DNA from: Eledone cirrhosa
Taxonomy: Eukaryota
Assembly: GCA_964016885.1 (NCBI GenBank)
Contig: OZ024755.1
Location: 25,420,001 to 25,484,000 of the forward strand
Direction: 5' to 3'
Length of the DNA: 64,000 bases
The notes below the pieces were generated by a model. That model had not been told where the DNA came from, did no database searches, and was given only the letters and a program-made list of their open reading frames with translations. Below, piece by piece: positions 29,150 through 41,704 of this stretch. Positions within the stretch are counted from its first letter, which is position 1, and the number at the start of each line of letters is the position of its first letter. The translations under genes were made by a program, and so were the position numbers.

Positions 29150-29360
29150 TCCGATGTCCTCTGTCATTGGACTGCCACAGGAAATCCGAAGATGACTAAA
29201 TACAAGCTATTGAGTGGTAGGTTGCTATTGAAATCTCCGGTGTCCTCAGCCCCCAGACTGCCGTTTTATTCCGCAAAGTCGGGACAAGGTTACTATGCCC
29301 GAGGAAAGAACCTTGCGAGGTGGAATAGCTGATACAATGGATATAGCTTGTTTTTCTCCA
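29150..29360 (+). pseudogene. CRE-like non-LTR retrotransposon endonuclease remnant
   Basis: TKYKLL../VAIEISGVLSP..; similar to 33030-33250. Confidence 0.5.
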
Positions 29361-29484
29361 CAAAAATGTCTTCACCATCTTATCGACGGGGAGCAGCTAA
29401 GATATACCATCCAAGCCAAAGGTACAGAGGTCACTCCCTCCTTGTTGTTTTATGCTTTTTGTCATTCATAAATTATGGTATAGA

Positions 29485-29647
29485 CCAGGTTTGGGCAACC
29501 TTTTCCGAGTGGGCCGCATAGGATGAGGCTCTTCATAAAGAAGGCCACATTACTAAAAAATTCAAGGCAATTTTGAAATTTGGCGTGACACTCAGAAAGC
29601 CACACGGGCCACACACGGCTCGCGGGCCGCAGTTTGACCATGACTGG
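29485..29647. mobile_element. hAT/Charlie-like MITE
   Basis: Termini CCAGGTTTGGGCAAC...GTTTGACCATGACTGG with subterminal GGGCCGCA; related to 33719-34029. Confidence 0.6.
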
Positions 29648-29772
29648 TTTCAGTCATTAGAAAATGACCATGCTGAGCCAACTCAGTCACTCCAGTACTT
29701 ATCGATCTCTCTTTGTCGAAACATTAAGTTACATGATATAAACAAACAATAAGTATGAACATATGAACGAAA

Positions 29773-29814
<42 letters not shown>

Positions 29815-29817
<3 letters not shown>

Positions 29818-30348
29818 GATAAATCTACCAAGAATTTACGGTAGTGTCCAATCCGTATGAAGAACTCAATGTATTCCGGATATCATGGAAAGAAGAGATG
29901 TAATGAAAATCCAATTTCGGTGAAAGATAAACGGTATACAGAGTCAAGATAAAATATTAAACAAATAATGAACAAACAATTCCTTATATTAAACAAAAAA
30001 AGTTCACTATTTAACGATCGTTTCTAGGGCATATATGTGCTATAATTGGTATGCATATTTAACAGATCTATGTACAAAATTATACAAAATTATACAAATT
30101 ATCAAGATTAAATATACATACCTAACACATATATACGCCGTCTTCAGAAATAATATTATTGAAGACGGCGTATATATGTGTTAGGTATGTATATTTAATC
30201 TTGATAATTTGTATAATTTTGTATAATTTTGTACATAGATCTGTTAAATATGCATACCAATTATAGCACATATATGCCCTAGAAACGATCGTTAAATAGT
30301 GAACTTTTTTTGTTTAATATAAGGAATTGTTTGTTCATTATTTGTTTA

Positions 30349-30357
<9 letters not shown>
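29815..30357. mobile_element. TA-flanked fold-back element with a long-stem-II hammerhead
   Basis: Palindrome 29949-30357, spacer 30147-30159; tail 29815-29948. Confidence 0.85.
30006..30154 (-). ncRNA. Type I hammerhead with a stem II of about 115 nt
   Basis: Minus strand: ATTATTT CTGAAGA CGGCGTATATATGTG...CACATATATGCCCTA GAAA CGATCG TT AAATAGT. Confidence 0.7.
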
Positions 30358-30389
<32 letters not shown>

Positions 30390-30869
30390 CAGTTTGCCTT
30401 TTGCATGCATGCATGCAAAAGTTGTAGTTCCTGTCTGTTTGTCTGTTTGTTTGTTCACGAACGCCTCCTATGGTTTTGGAGATAGACCCCATAATCATAT
30501 ATATTCTGAAACTACATTGCACAGGGTACTTGGATAAGTATATTTCATTTTAATCAAAGGGTTCCCCGAGGGTACAAACTCCTGCTGAAAACCCCCTTCG
30601 ATTCATATGAAATTTAAACCATAGGTAAATGACAAGATATGATGCCTATTCACAAAATTTCAGCAAATTTCAATAATATTAAGAAACCCTAATGGAGTTT
30701 TTCTCCAAAAATTATATCACGGATTTAAAATCAATCATCATTTTCTTACAAAAAAAAATGTGTGAAACGCAGCAAATCGCGGGTAATTCAGCTAGTCTAT
30801 ATATATATATATATATAGACAGGTGGTGCTATTAAGTGAGACATGGCCTGGGCCAATTCTAGCCGAAAG

Positions 30870-30929
<60 letters not shown>

Positions 30930-30931
<2 letters not shown>

Positions 30932-31080
30932 CGGCTTCCACACCGTTTCTGTAAACCAAATTCCACTCATAAGACATCGGCCAACATGACACTATAAAAT
31001 AATTTCCTAAGGTACCACACAGCGGGAGTGGTTCCGAAACCTCATCTTTACAAGAACTCATTAACCACGCAGCCATGCAG
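30930..31080 (-). mobile_element. SINE family 3 (octopus-type); decayed copies near 1880, 4020, 7070, 20590 and 38680
   Basis: ACGGCTTCCACACCGTTTCTGT..CCAAATTCCACTCA..AAGGTACCACACAGCGGGA pattern. Confidence 0.6.
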
Positions 31081-31253
31081 TCGCTCCTATATAATTCTAA
31101 ATATAAAATTCTCCTAAACAGAAAAAGATGTCCGAACGAACGTGCCAAAGCAATGTATTATTCATAAAACCTTTCATGTAGACAAGTGGTCAAGCGATCA
31201 GCTGCTTCTCGTATTTTATTTACGGCACCATGTTGGTATTATTTAACCCTAAG

Positions 31254-31448
31254 CCCGGTGGATTGGCATTAGTCTGTAATGCGTCGGATAATATTCTTTG
31301 TAGCATAGAGTTATGGCTCTTTATGGTCCAAGTTCAAATCCCACCGAGGTCGGTACAATAAAACGTCAGTAATGCACTCGAGTCGATTTAATCGATTTTC
31401 CCCTCCCCGTAAATTGTGGGCCTTCTGCCGAAATCAGAAATCATTATC
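31254..31448 (+). mobile_element. SINE family 1 (diverged)
   Basis: GGTGGATTGGCA...AGTTCAAATCCCACCGAGG. Confidence 0.7.
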
Positions 31449-32004
31449 TAAACCTAAGGCAAATTTATGATCATCGTCCATCGATCGTAACGTCACGAGT
31501 TCGATTCTCAGCGGCGCATTCTGTCCTTGACCAACACATTTTATTTCTGGCTGCTTTAGTTTGTAAAACTGATCTTAGCCTGTAATTCTGATGTTATTCA
31601 ATGTGTCACGCTGTTGAATCTCTATGAAAACTACGTTATGGCTGCACGTGTCTGTGGAATTCTTAGTCACTTGCATCTTAATATCACCTGGACCACTGGT
31701 TGTCGGAACAGATGCCAACACATCACCAATTATAATACCTAAATGAACTGGTTTAGAAAGTGAAACACACGAATCAAAGCTCTGCTCTAAAATAGAAGTA
31801 TATGTGAAGGGACAGGGCCTAAGGTTTAAGGTGTTAAACTCACGGTTTCCTCGCTAACATTCTTTGAAGAAATGTCACATTAGTCTAGTCTGCTCAACTG
31901 AAATGAAAAATGTGTACTATCAGCAGCTAGGGATTAACCTTTGCAATGTCTAGGGGTGGGAGTATTTATCCTAGTAAGACGCAGGTTCTATTATTGAAAC
32001 ACCC

Positions 32005-32620
32005 GATTAGGAGGCCAGCTAAGTCTAAATAGGTGTGAGCTATAACAAGATAGGAAGCCAGCTAAACATACATATGTGTGAGCTGTAACATCACCATAGG
32101 GGGTGTCAGTTAAATAGGCATAGGTGTGAGCTGAAACAACAAGAAAATAGGTGGCCAGTTAAACCTACATAGGTGTCAGCAGTTACAACATAGTAGACCA
32201 GCTAAACCTACATAGGTGTGAGCTGTGACAATAACATATGAGGTCAACTAAACCTACATAGGTGTGAGCTGTGACAATAACATATGAGGTCAACTAAACC
32301 TACATAGGTGTGAGCTGTGACAACATAGGAGACCAGCTAAATTTACATAGGTGTGAGCTGTGACAACAGTATAGTAGGCCAGCTAAACCTACATAGGTGA
32401 GAGCTATAATAACACGAGGTCAACTTAACCTACATAGGTGAGAGCTATAATAACATGAGGTCAACTTAACCTACATGGGTGTGAGCTGTGACAATAACAT
32501 ATGAGGTCAACTAAACCTACATATGTGTGAGATTTAACAACAATGTAGGGGACCAGCTAAACCTACATAGGTGTGAGCTGTAACAACAATATAGGAGGCC
32601 AACTAAACCTACATACGTTT
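32005..32620. repeat. Minisatellite of about 45-50 bp
   Basis: AGCTAAACCTACATAGGTGTGAGCTGTGACAA repeated about 13 times. Confidence 0.9.
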
Positions 32621-32756
32621 GTCCTTTGACATATTTCAATAAATAAAATATAAAATCTCATTCTATTTTCTGTTCTATTCTTGATAATCCATATTCATTT
32701 ATTATGCTAGTTTCATTATTTTTTTTATTCTCAAACTTCGTTATTCAACAAATGTC

Positions 32757-32917
32757 AAAGCATGCTTTGCAGCAAAGAGTTACGGCCCTTTATGATTTGA
32801 GTTCAAATCCCACCGAGGTTAACTTTGCCTTTCATCCTTACGGGGTCGATAAAATAAAGTACCAGTAATACACTGGGATAATTGCTGGCCTTGTGCCAAA
32901 AGTAGAAACAATTATAT
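32757..32917 (+). mobile_element. SINE family 1 (5'-truncated)
   Basis: Family consensus match. Confidence 0.8.
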
Positions 32918-33029
32918 AATGTTAGCAATAAAAATAAGAAAACGAAAGTGAAAAAAAATAAATAGCGAAAGTAAGGTACGGTGAAAGATACCTGTAGGCT
33001 CATCAGACGACTCTAGGAGGTATTTCTCA

Positions 33030-33710
33030 GCTGCGCTCCGCGGACAACAACCAGTGACACTAGCTGTATCAGCTACTCCACATCAAGTTACTCCTTTCCC
33101 GGACATGATATACTCCTCCCAATTTTGAGGAGGAAATGACAGTTCCGAGACCGAGGATACCAGATATCTCGATGGCAACTGGCATGAAAAGGAAGCAGTC
33201 GGTCAAGTCTCAGTATTTGGCTATATTTCCTCCGCATTATGGGCGGCAATGACTGGGCTTATGGCTGAAGCAACAAAGCTGGAGTCGGAGAACGTGTGGC
33301 AGCATGTGGCGTTCGAGATTAGAGATTTACTTCTTTTGAATGAGAAAAGGATTTTTTTCCGTCTGAGCGCTTACCATTACGACGGTCGAGATCGGCAGGC
33401 TCCATCTGTGACGAGAAACCGGCCGGGTCCTGGCTCCTTCTGATGATGTCAACCAAGACAGCGTGTCGAGGGAACCGACGTGCACTGTAGTGACAAGAGA
33501 GCGGGTGTAGTCCGAACTCATCGACCATGGATGGCTCTATAACGCAGAGGCCAAGGCACATGTCCACTCTATTGTGGATGCCCTCACCATCAAGAAGGGT
33601 ACCAGTTGATTGGAAGGACATCAAATTGAGCTACGTGCCACTATTTGGCTGGGAGGAGAAAAGGAAGCAAGCGGGACGGTGTTGGTCCAGACGTCATTCA
33701 AGCTATTGTT
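33030..33710 (-). pseudogene. CRE-like non-LTR retrotransposon C-terminus (zinc finger plus restriction-like endonuclease)
   Basis: DEFGLHPLSC..RRFPRHAVLVDIIRRS..AGFSSQMEP..GKRSDG../NATC..AAHNAEE..KY..FLFMPVAIEISGILG. Confidence 0.75.
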
Positions 33711-33718
33711 AATTTAAA

Positions 33719-34029
33719 CCAGGCATGGCAACCTTTTTCGAGAAGCGGGCCGCATGAGATATGGCTCATCATCAGGCGGGCCGCAAGCGCTAATTTACAT
33801 TCGTGCCCACATCAAAAAAAAAAAAAAAAAAAAGTCTAAGGGCGGTAACTCAGGTGGTTTTGATTTGTTTCTTCAGAATTTGTACATGGTGTTTTCTTCA
33901 ATCGTAAAAATGATAGAAAGATAAATTACGACTGAAAAGTTTGGGTAAAAAAATCAGAAAGATTTCACTTAGGTGACCTAGCCAAAGCCGTTCAGAAAGT
34001 GTCGCGGGCCGCAGTTTTTCCCATGACCG
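33719..34029. mobile_element. hAT/Charlie-like MITE
   Basis: CCAGGCATGGCAACC...GCGGGCCGCAGTTTTCCCATGACCG. Confidence 0.6.
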
Positions 34030-34223
34030 ATAAAATGGTCAGAGCTGACACAGGTCTCCAGGCTACGACATGCTCTGACGTTTTACAGAGAATTAGGCTG
34101 ATGAGGATGCAGGTGAAGATAATGAAATATAGAGCAAGGTTAGGGGGTGCACGGTAGTTTAAACTACAGAATCTCACGATGTGCTTCATCTGTTGCCAGC
34201 CGGCGGCATCGAAACTAACATTG
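33992..34223 (-). CDS. Candidate terminal exon, copy 1 (hydrophobic C-terminal segment, unknown protein)
   Basis: TATTCCAATAAG acceptor, then NVSFDAAGWQQMKHIVRFCSLNYRAPPNLALYFIIFTCILISLIL; paralogue at 36868-37015. Confidence 0.35.
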
Positions 34224-34419
34224 CTTATTGGAATATAGACGTGTTGAGAGGGTGTTAGTAGTCGTGGAGGTGGTGGTAGTGGTAGTGTTGGGATGGTGGT
34301 TGTAGTGGTGGTGTGTTTATGGGAGAGATGGAGTAGGATATTACAGAAACTGTGAGTCAAGGTAGAAGAATTCTGAAATGGTTGAGAGTTTCCGGTCTGG
34401 GCAGTGTTGGCCGTAAACA

Positions 34420-34870
34420 GAGAGAAGGCGGGGGAGAATGTGACTGAAAGAGAAGGAGGGGGAGAATGTGAATGAAAGAGAAGGAGGGTGAGAAAGGGAA
34501 TCAAAGGGGAGGGGAGAAAGGGAATCAAAGGGGAGGGAGAGAAAGGGAATGAAAGAGAGAGAGGGAGAGAAGAGAATGAAAGAGAAGGGGGGAGAGAAAG
34601 GGAATGAAAGAGGAGGAGAGGGAGAGAATGACTGAAAGAGGAGGGAGAGAAAAGGAATGAAAGAAAAGGGGGAGAGAATGAATGAAAGAGAAGGAGAGTG
34701 AGAAAGGGAATGAAAGAGGAGGGGGAGGAAAAGGGAATGAAAGAGGAGGGAGAGAAAGGGAATGAAAGAGGAGAGGGATAATGTGAATGAAAGAGAATGA
34801 GGGAGAGAGAGAAAGGGAATGAAAGAGGAGGGGAGGGAAAGGGAATGAGAGAGAAGGAGAGAGGAAAAGT
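34420..34870. repeat. Polypurine low-complexity repeat
   Basis: GGGAATGAAAGAGGAGGGAGAG units. Confidence 0.9.
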
Positions 34871-35084
34871 GAAAATCCTCCCCCACCCTCTTCAGCATTT
34901 CAAGGTGGACACATTACACCTGGTCACATATGTCTCTTCTAACACCCCTCCTACACTCTCTTCTCCGACACACCTCCCACTCACTCATTCTTTTCCTCAC
35001 TTTCCTCTTCCTCCCTTTCTTCAAGACACGTGTTTCCATTTCGCGTTAGTTTGGTGTTCACATCTATTTCTTTGTCCGCCTTCT

Positions 35085-35780
35085 TGTCTGTCTGACACTC
35101 TGTCTGACACTCTGTCTGTCAATCTCTCTATCTGTCTGTCTGTCTGACACTCTGTCTGTCAATCTCTCTATCTGTCTGTCAGTCTCTCTATCTGTCTGTA
35201 TGTCTGTCTGACACTCTGTCTGTCAGTCTCTCTATCTGTCTGTCTGTCTGTCAATCTCTCTATCTGTCTGTCTGTCTGACACTCTGTCTGTCAATCTCTC
35301 TATCTGTCTGTCTGTCTGACACTCTGTCTGTCAATCTCTCTATCTGTCTGTCTGTCTGACACTCTGTCTGTCAATCTCTCTATCTGTCTGTCTGTCTGAC
35401 ACTCTGTCTGTCAATCTCTCTATCTGTCTATCTGTCTATCTGTCTGACACTGTCTAACACTCTGTCTCTTAGTCTGACACTCTGTCTGTCAATCTCTCTG
35501 TCTGACACTCTGTCTGTCAATCTCTCTATCTGTCTATCTGTCTGACACTGTCTAACACTCTGTCTCTTAGTCTGACACTCTGTCTGTCAATCTCTCTATC
35601 TGACACTGTCTAACACTCTGTCTCTTAGTCTGACACTCTGTCTGTCAGTCTCTCTATCTGTCTATCTGTCTATCTTTCTGACACTGTCTAACACTCTGTC
35701 TCTTAGTCTGACACTCTGTCTGTCAGTCTGTCTATCTGTCCCTCTATATGTTTGTATGTCTGACACTCTGTCTATCTGGC
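35085..35780. repeat. TCTG/TCTA-rich minisatellite
   Basis: TCTGACACTCTGTCTGTCAATCTCTCTATCTG repeats. Confidence 0.9.
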
Positions 35781-35949
35781 TGTCTCTATATCAGACTGTT
35801 TGGAATATCTGTCTATCTGGCTGTCTGTTTACCTGACACTGTCTATTTGTCTGTGTCTGCTACTCTCTGTCTGTCTGTCTCTATATCAGAGTATTTGGAA
35901 TATTTGTGTATCTGTCTGTCCATTTTTCTACAGGGCTGGTGCTGCCATG

Positions 35950-36625
35950 CAGCCAACTATACAGTCTCCGCATTCAGAAATGTTACAGGACTGGCGCTAC
36001 CATTAGGCCAACTATACAGTCACCACATTCAGAAATAATACAGGACTGGCGCTACCATTAGGCCAACTATACAGTCACCACATTCAGAAATGATACAGGA
36101 CTGGCGCTACCATTAGGCCAACTATACAGTCTCCGCATTCAGAAATGTTACAGGACTGGCGCTACCATTAGGCCAACTATACAGTCTCCACATTCAGAAA
36201 TGTTACAGGACTGGCGCTACCATTAGGCCAACTATACAGTCTCCACATTCAGAAATGTTACAGGACTGGCGCTACCATTAGGCCAACTATACAGTCACCA
36301 CATTCAGAAATGTTACAGGACTGGCGCTACCATTAGGCCAACTATACAGTCACCACATTCAGAAATGATACAGGACTGGCGCTACCATTAGGCCAACTAT
36401 ACAGTCACCGCATTCAGAAATGATACAGGACTTGCGCAACCATTAGGCCAACTATACAGTCACCACATTCAGAAATGATACAGGAATTACGCAACCATTA
36501 GGCCAACTGTACAGTCACCACATTCAGAAATAATACAGGACTGGCGCTACCATTAGGCCAACTATACAGTCACCACATTCAGAAATGATACAGGACTGTT
36601 GCTACCATTAGGCCAACTAGACAGT
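35950..36625. repeat. 55-bp minisatellite, about 12 copies
   Basis: GGCCAACTATACAGTCACCACATTCAGAAATGATACAGGACTGGCGCTACCATTA. Confidence 0.95.
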
Positions 36626-36867
36626 TGCTTATGGCGCATTACTGAAACTTCAAATATGACAGATTTATACCCATTTATATAATTGAATAAAATATATGAT
36701 TTCCTGCGATCAATAAATAAACCATTAACCATCTTAGCCTTATAACAACATTGTGCAAATATCCAAAGCAACGAAGAACGTCGTATAGTATTATGGGGGT
36801 CGGATAGGTGATTTTGCGTGGGTGGAGTGTGAACTGTGTAGTAGATAATACAGGCCTAGTAATTTTG

Positions 36868-37015
36868 TTAGCGTGGTCTGAGTATTAAGCTGATGAGGAT
36901 GCAGGTGAAGATAATGAAATATAGAGCAAGGTTAGGGGGTGCACGGTAGTTTAGGCCACAGTATCTCACGGTGTGCTTCATCTGTTGCCAGTCTGCAGCA
37001 TCGAAACTAACATTG
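36868..37015 (-). CDS. Candidate terminal exon, copy 2 (TM- or GPI-signal-like C-terminus)
   Basis: Same acceptor; NVSFDAADWQQMKHTVRYCGLNYRAPPNLALYFIIFTCILISLILRPR*; several synonymous differences from copy 1. Confidence 0.4.
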
Positions 37016-37189
37016 CTTATTGGAATATAGATGTGCTGAGAGGGTGGTAGTGGTGGTGGCTGGAGTGTTGGGATGGTGGTGGCGTGTTGGATAGTGATGG
37101 TGGTTTCCAATTTTGTTAGTGTAGTCAGAGAAAAACTTGTCAAAATCTAGGGCTGTCAGTTTTCCAAACTGTAAGTTGAAATTATTTTA

Positions 37190-37465
37190 TGTGGAAGAGC
37201 GGTAAGAATGTTGGACTTACGATCATAATGTCGTGGGGTCGATTCCTGGGCTGGGTTGCGTGTTGTGTACTTGAGCAAAACACTTCATTTCACGTTGCTC
37301 AGCTTAAAATATACTCAGCTTAAAATGAGTACCAACAATAGCTGGGGGTTTAACCCTGCGATGGACTAGCATCCTGTCCAGTGGGGACTTTGCACTCTCA
37401 GTCGCTTCACGCCATGAAAGCGGGATAAGCGCCGGCCTAACGAGCCTTTTGGTTTAAGACAAACA
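37190..37465 (+). mobile_element. tRNA-derived SINE with a CORE-like segment
   Basis: GGTCGATTCC B-box-like motif; TGTGTACTTGAGCAAAACACTT; AACCCTGCGATGGACTAGCATCC. Confidence 0.75.
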
Positions 37466-37962
37466 TTAGACAGACTTCGGAAGAGTGTGGTGGATAACTA
37501 GGAGAAAGGCACGTACATTGCAGACCTAGCTTTATATGTTAAATACCCAGGTGCTTCTCTGTGCACACGAATACACATACAAACACGTACATTTTAATGA
37601 ACACATCTTACGTATATAATCTTCTTTATACAAAAACATATAATTGTTATGTTCCAGTTTGAAACGAAGAGAAACGCAATTTAAGGCAAAAATAGATGAA
37701 TTCTTAGAGAAAGAACAATATCTAGTTTTGTAAAAACCATTAAATTAATAAATTAATCTCCATAAAATGTATATATATAAGCAAACACACACGTGTGTAT
37801 ACACAAACATTGTGGTGGCTGATTGTGTGAAAGGTATATCTTGACGTGGCCTCATAAAATAAATTAGGACTATCTATAATGATGTTTATAATAACTATAT
37901 TCATATGGTACTGATTTGAAATCAACATGGCCGAAACTTACACGTCTTTTTTTTCTTTACAG

Positions 37963-38033
<71 letters not shown>

Positions 38034-38042
38034 CATATGTGA

Positions 38043-38412
<370 letters not shown>

Positions 38413-38945
38413 CATATGTGTGTGTATATATAAACACACACACACACACAGACAAAGCATTGTGAGGTATGTAGCAAATGAGCGATAATTTTTTTAAAAG
38501 TCGGTAGAACATACGAAAGACAAATGATGGTAAATGAAATAAAACAAAATAAAGTAATGTTTTGTTTCATTTAGCATCATTATCGTCTCTTTTATCGTAT
38601 TGTACCAGCTCTTATCGGTAATATACTACATATATATGTGAGTGTGTGTGTAGATATGTATGTGTGTATATTTACGAAAGGCCTCAACAGTTTCCGTCTG
38701 CCCAATCCCACTCACAAGATATTGGTCATCCCAAGGATATAACAGAACTCACTGACCCCTGGTGCTACACAATGGGACCGAACCCGAATCTATGTGGTTA
38801 CAAACAGAACTCACTAACCCTACAACCATGTTTTCTATAGTTCTCTTTGTTCTGTTTTATGAATAACATGAGTGCTCGGCTTGTACGAATTGCTTAGCTG
38901 TTGAATTCAGGGAAACGCTATACAAATCAATACAGACACACACCA

Positions 38946-38977
<32 letters not shown>

Positions 38978-38988
38978 GTATATATATA

Positions 38989-39670
38989 TGAGAATAATGG
39001 AGCGCTGCGTGGTTGCACATGGGTTACATATGAATAAAATTAGTCCTTCATCAGTGATCTTCCAACTTACATTGGTATTTCATCGCTTTTAAAAATCATA
39101 TACCTCTAGTTGGTGCGAGCAATAAAAAATAAAGTTATTGCGACAAGTAAAATAGGGTGAAACGAGCGAGACATGTAAACAAACAAACCCATGTGCAACC
39201 ACGCAGCGCTCCATTTTTCTCATATTTATATTTTTTCCTCAGCTGTGATTGTCTGTTTCTTTCTTACTTTCTCTCCTCTTTTTACCCCCTCTGCCAGTCA
39301 CACACTCTCTCTCTCTCTCTGCTGGTCTCTTCCTCACACTTCCACTCACTCACTCTCTGCTTCTCCCCATCTCTTACTTCCTCCCGTTTGACCTGTGTGA
39401 AATCCTTTTCTCGCTCACATCTCACCCATGTCGGACGGTCTGTATCTCTCGCCCATGAATTCACCAAGATTAAGCTTACAGATTTCATGTGCTTGTCTCT
39501 TCCTATCTTTCCGTTGCCATACCATCGTTGTTTGTTTACATGTTTCGCTCGTTTCACCCTATTTTACTGGTCCCAATAACTTTATTTGTTATTGCTCGCA
39601 CCAACTAGAGGTATATGATTTTTAAAGCGATGAAATACCAATGAAAGTTGGAAGATTACTGATGAAGGAC

Positions 39671-39680
<10 letters not shown>
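38989..39680. mobile_element. TA-flanked insert with two interleaved inverted-repeat pairs
   Basis: 38989-39025/39187-39223 and 39045-39186/39529-39679. Confidence 0.75.
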
Positions 39681-39744
<64 letters not shown>

Positions 39745-39968
39745 TACACATTTAAGTATACAGAGATATTTAACGAAGTATTTTAGCACCAAGTGGACTC
39801 ATCAATTATTCATAAAATACCACTCATGTTCTTTTTTATGATGTATCAGATTTTATCTCTTTCTCTCTATTTTGTCACTGTAACCTGTCATTTTTTACAT
39901 CCTAGCTTAATCTAAATACCTTATTCATTCTCGTGAAATCCATTGAAAGCAGGCTCGCCTCTATTAAC

Positions 39969-40049
39969 AACTAATTTTTTCTGTATTTACTTTCTTTATA
40001 CACAACATCGCTATCTGCCTTTGTCTTATGTTGTTTTGACTTTATATAC

Positions 40050-40087
<38 letters not shown>

Positions 40088-40155
40088 GAAAACAACATAA
40101 GACAAAGGCAGATAGCGATGTTGTGTATAAAGAAAGTAAATACAGAAAAAACTAG

Positions 40156-40157
<2 letters not shown>
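39969..40157. repeat. Inverted repeat with (TA)n at its axis
   Basis: 39969-40056 against 40080-40157. Confidence 0.85.
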
Positions 40158-40200
<43 letters not shown>

Positions 40201-40202
<2 letters not shown>

Positions 40203-40615
40203 TAAAAGTTGTATTTAATTTGTTGGAAATCCGACAGACATAAATGTTTATAACTGATTTAGAGCACTCAACAAGTTACTGGAGTAAATATTCAATGATA
40301 TTAAATAAATAGAAACTATATTTATAAAACCATATTTATTTTATTATATATATTTCAAGGGCCACCAAGACAACATTGGTACGCTTTCATCAGATAAAAT
40401 ACAAAGTTTGTTTTATAAATAGAGTCGTACCCATGAAAATCATACCAGTGAATTTCCAACCAATAAGGTATGATTTTCATGGGTACGTCTCTATTTATAA
40501 AACAAACTTTGTATTTTATCTGATGAAAGCGTACCAATGTTGTCTTGGTTGCCCTTGAAATATATATAATAAAATAAATATGGCTTTATAAATATAGTTT
40601 CCATTTATTTAATAT

Positions 40616-40620
<5 letters not shown>
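40201..40620. mobile_element. TA-flanked fold-back element with a hammerhead in each arm
   Basis: Palindrome 40293-40620, spacer 40447-40466, a few arm mismatches; tail 40201-40292. Confidence 0.85.
40512..40576 (+). ncRNA. Type I hammerhead (mirror copy at 40337-40401, minus strand)
   Basis: TATTTTAT CTGATGA AAG..ACCAA-TGTTGTC-TTGGT..CTT GAAA TATATA TA ATAAAATA. Confidence 0.7.
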
Positions 40621-40686
<66 letters not shown>

Positions 40687-40948
40687 AGCGTGAACCTAAT
40701 ACCAACTCTGTTCGCACTGCACTCCTTGTTTTTGTTTTGTTCCTTGCCAATATATACATATATGACGTATTGCAAAATATCGTTCGATATGTCCACGTCA
40801 GTTGTCTAACCTGATTAGTTTTTTCGTTGTTTTTTGGTATTGTGTGGCTAGGTCGACCTGCCGCAATTTTTTATTTGTCAAGTTGTCTAAACATATGTTA
40901 TTACTCTATGTTATTACTCTATGTTATTACTCTAAGTTATTACTCTAA

Positions 40949-41132
40949 GGCGGTGGATTGGCAGTATCGGTAGAGAGTCGGACGCCATGCTTTCCAGCAT
41001 AGTTATGTCCCTTTACGATCTGAGTTCAAATCCCGCCGAGGTTGACTTTGCCTTTCATCCTTACGAGGTCGACAAAATAAAGTACCAGTAATGCACTGGG
41101 TAATTGCTGGCCTTGTGCCTAAAGTAGAAGCG
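40949..41132 (+). mobile_element. SINE family 1 with TSD GTTATTACTCTAA
   Basis: Full-length consensus match; TSD at 40936-40948 and 41133-41145. Confidence 0.85.
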
Positions 41133-41240
41133 GTTATTACTCTAAGGCCTGCAACCTTATTGAGTGCTTTGCTGCACATTCCTAATTGTAGGTCGTTAGC
41201 TTGGCCACAGTCAAAGCTTCGATTTTACTAAGCTTCCACT

Positions 41241-41417
<177 letters not shown>

Positions 41418-41662
41418 ATATATATATGTATATGTATATATGTATATATATATATGTATATATATATATGTATATGTATATATATATATGTATATGTATA
41501 TATATGTATATATATGTATATGTATATATATATATATGTATATGTATGTATATATATATATATATGTGTATATATATATATACATACACACACATATTTA
41601 TATATATATATATACATACACACACACATATGTATATATATCTACATACATACAAACACACA

Positions 41663-41697
<35 letters not shown>

Positions 41698-41704
<7 letters not shown>

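Noticed and set aside
34098-34135. CTGATGA...GAAA as a hammerhead (also near 36890)
   Set aside because: No stem II pairing and no NUH/stem I; it lies antisense to the candidate exon.
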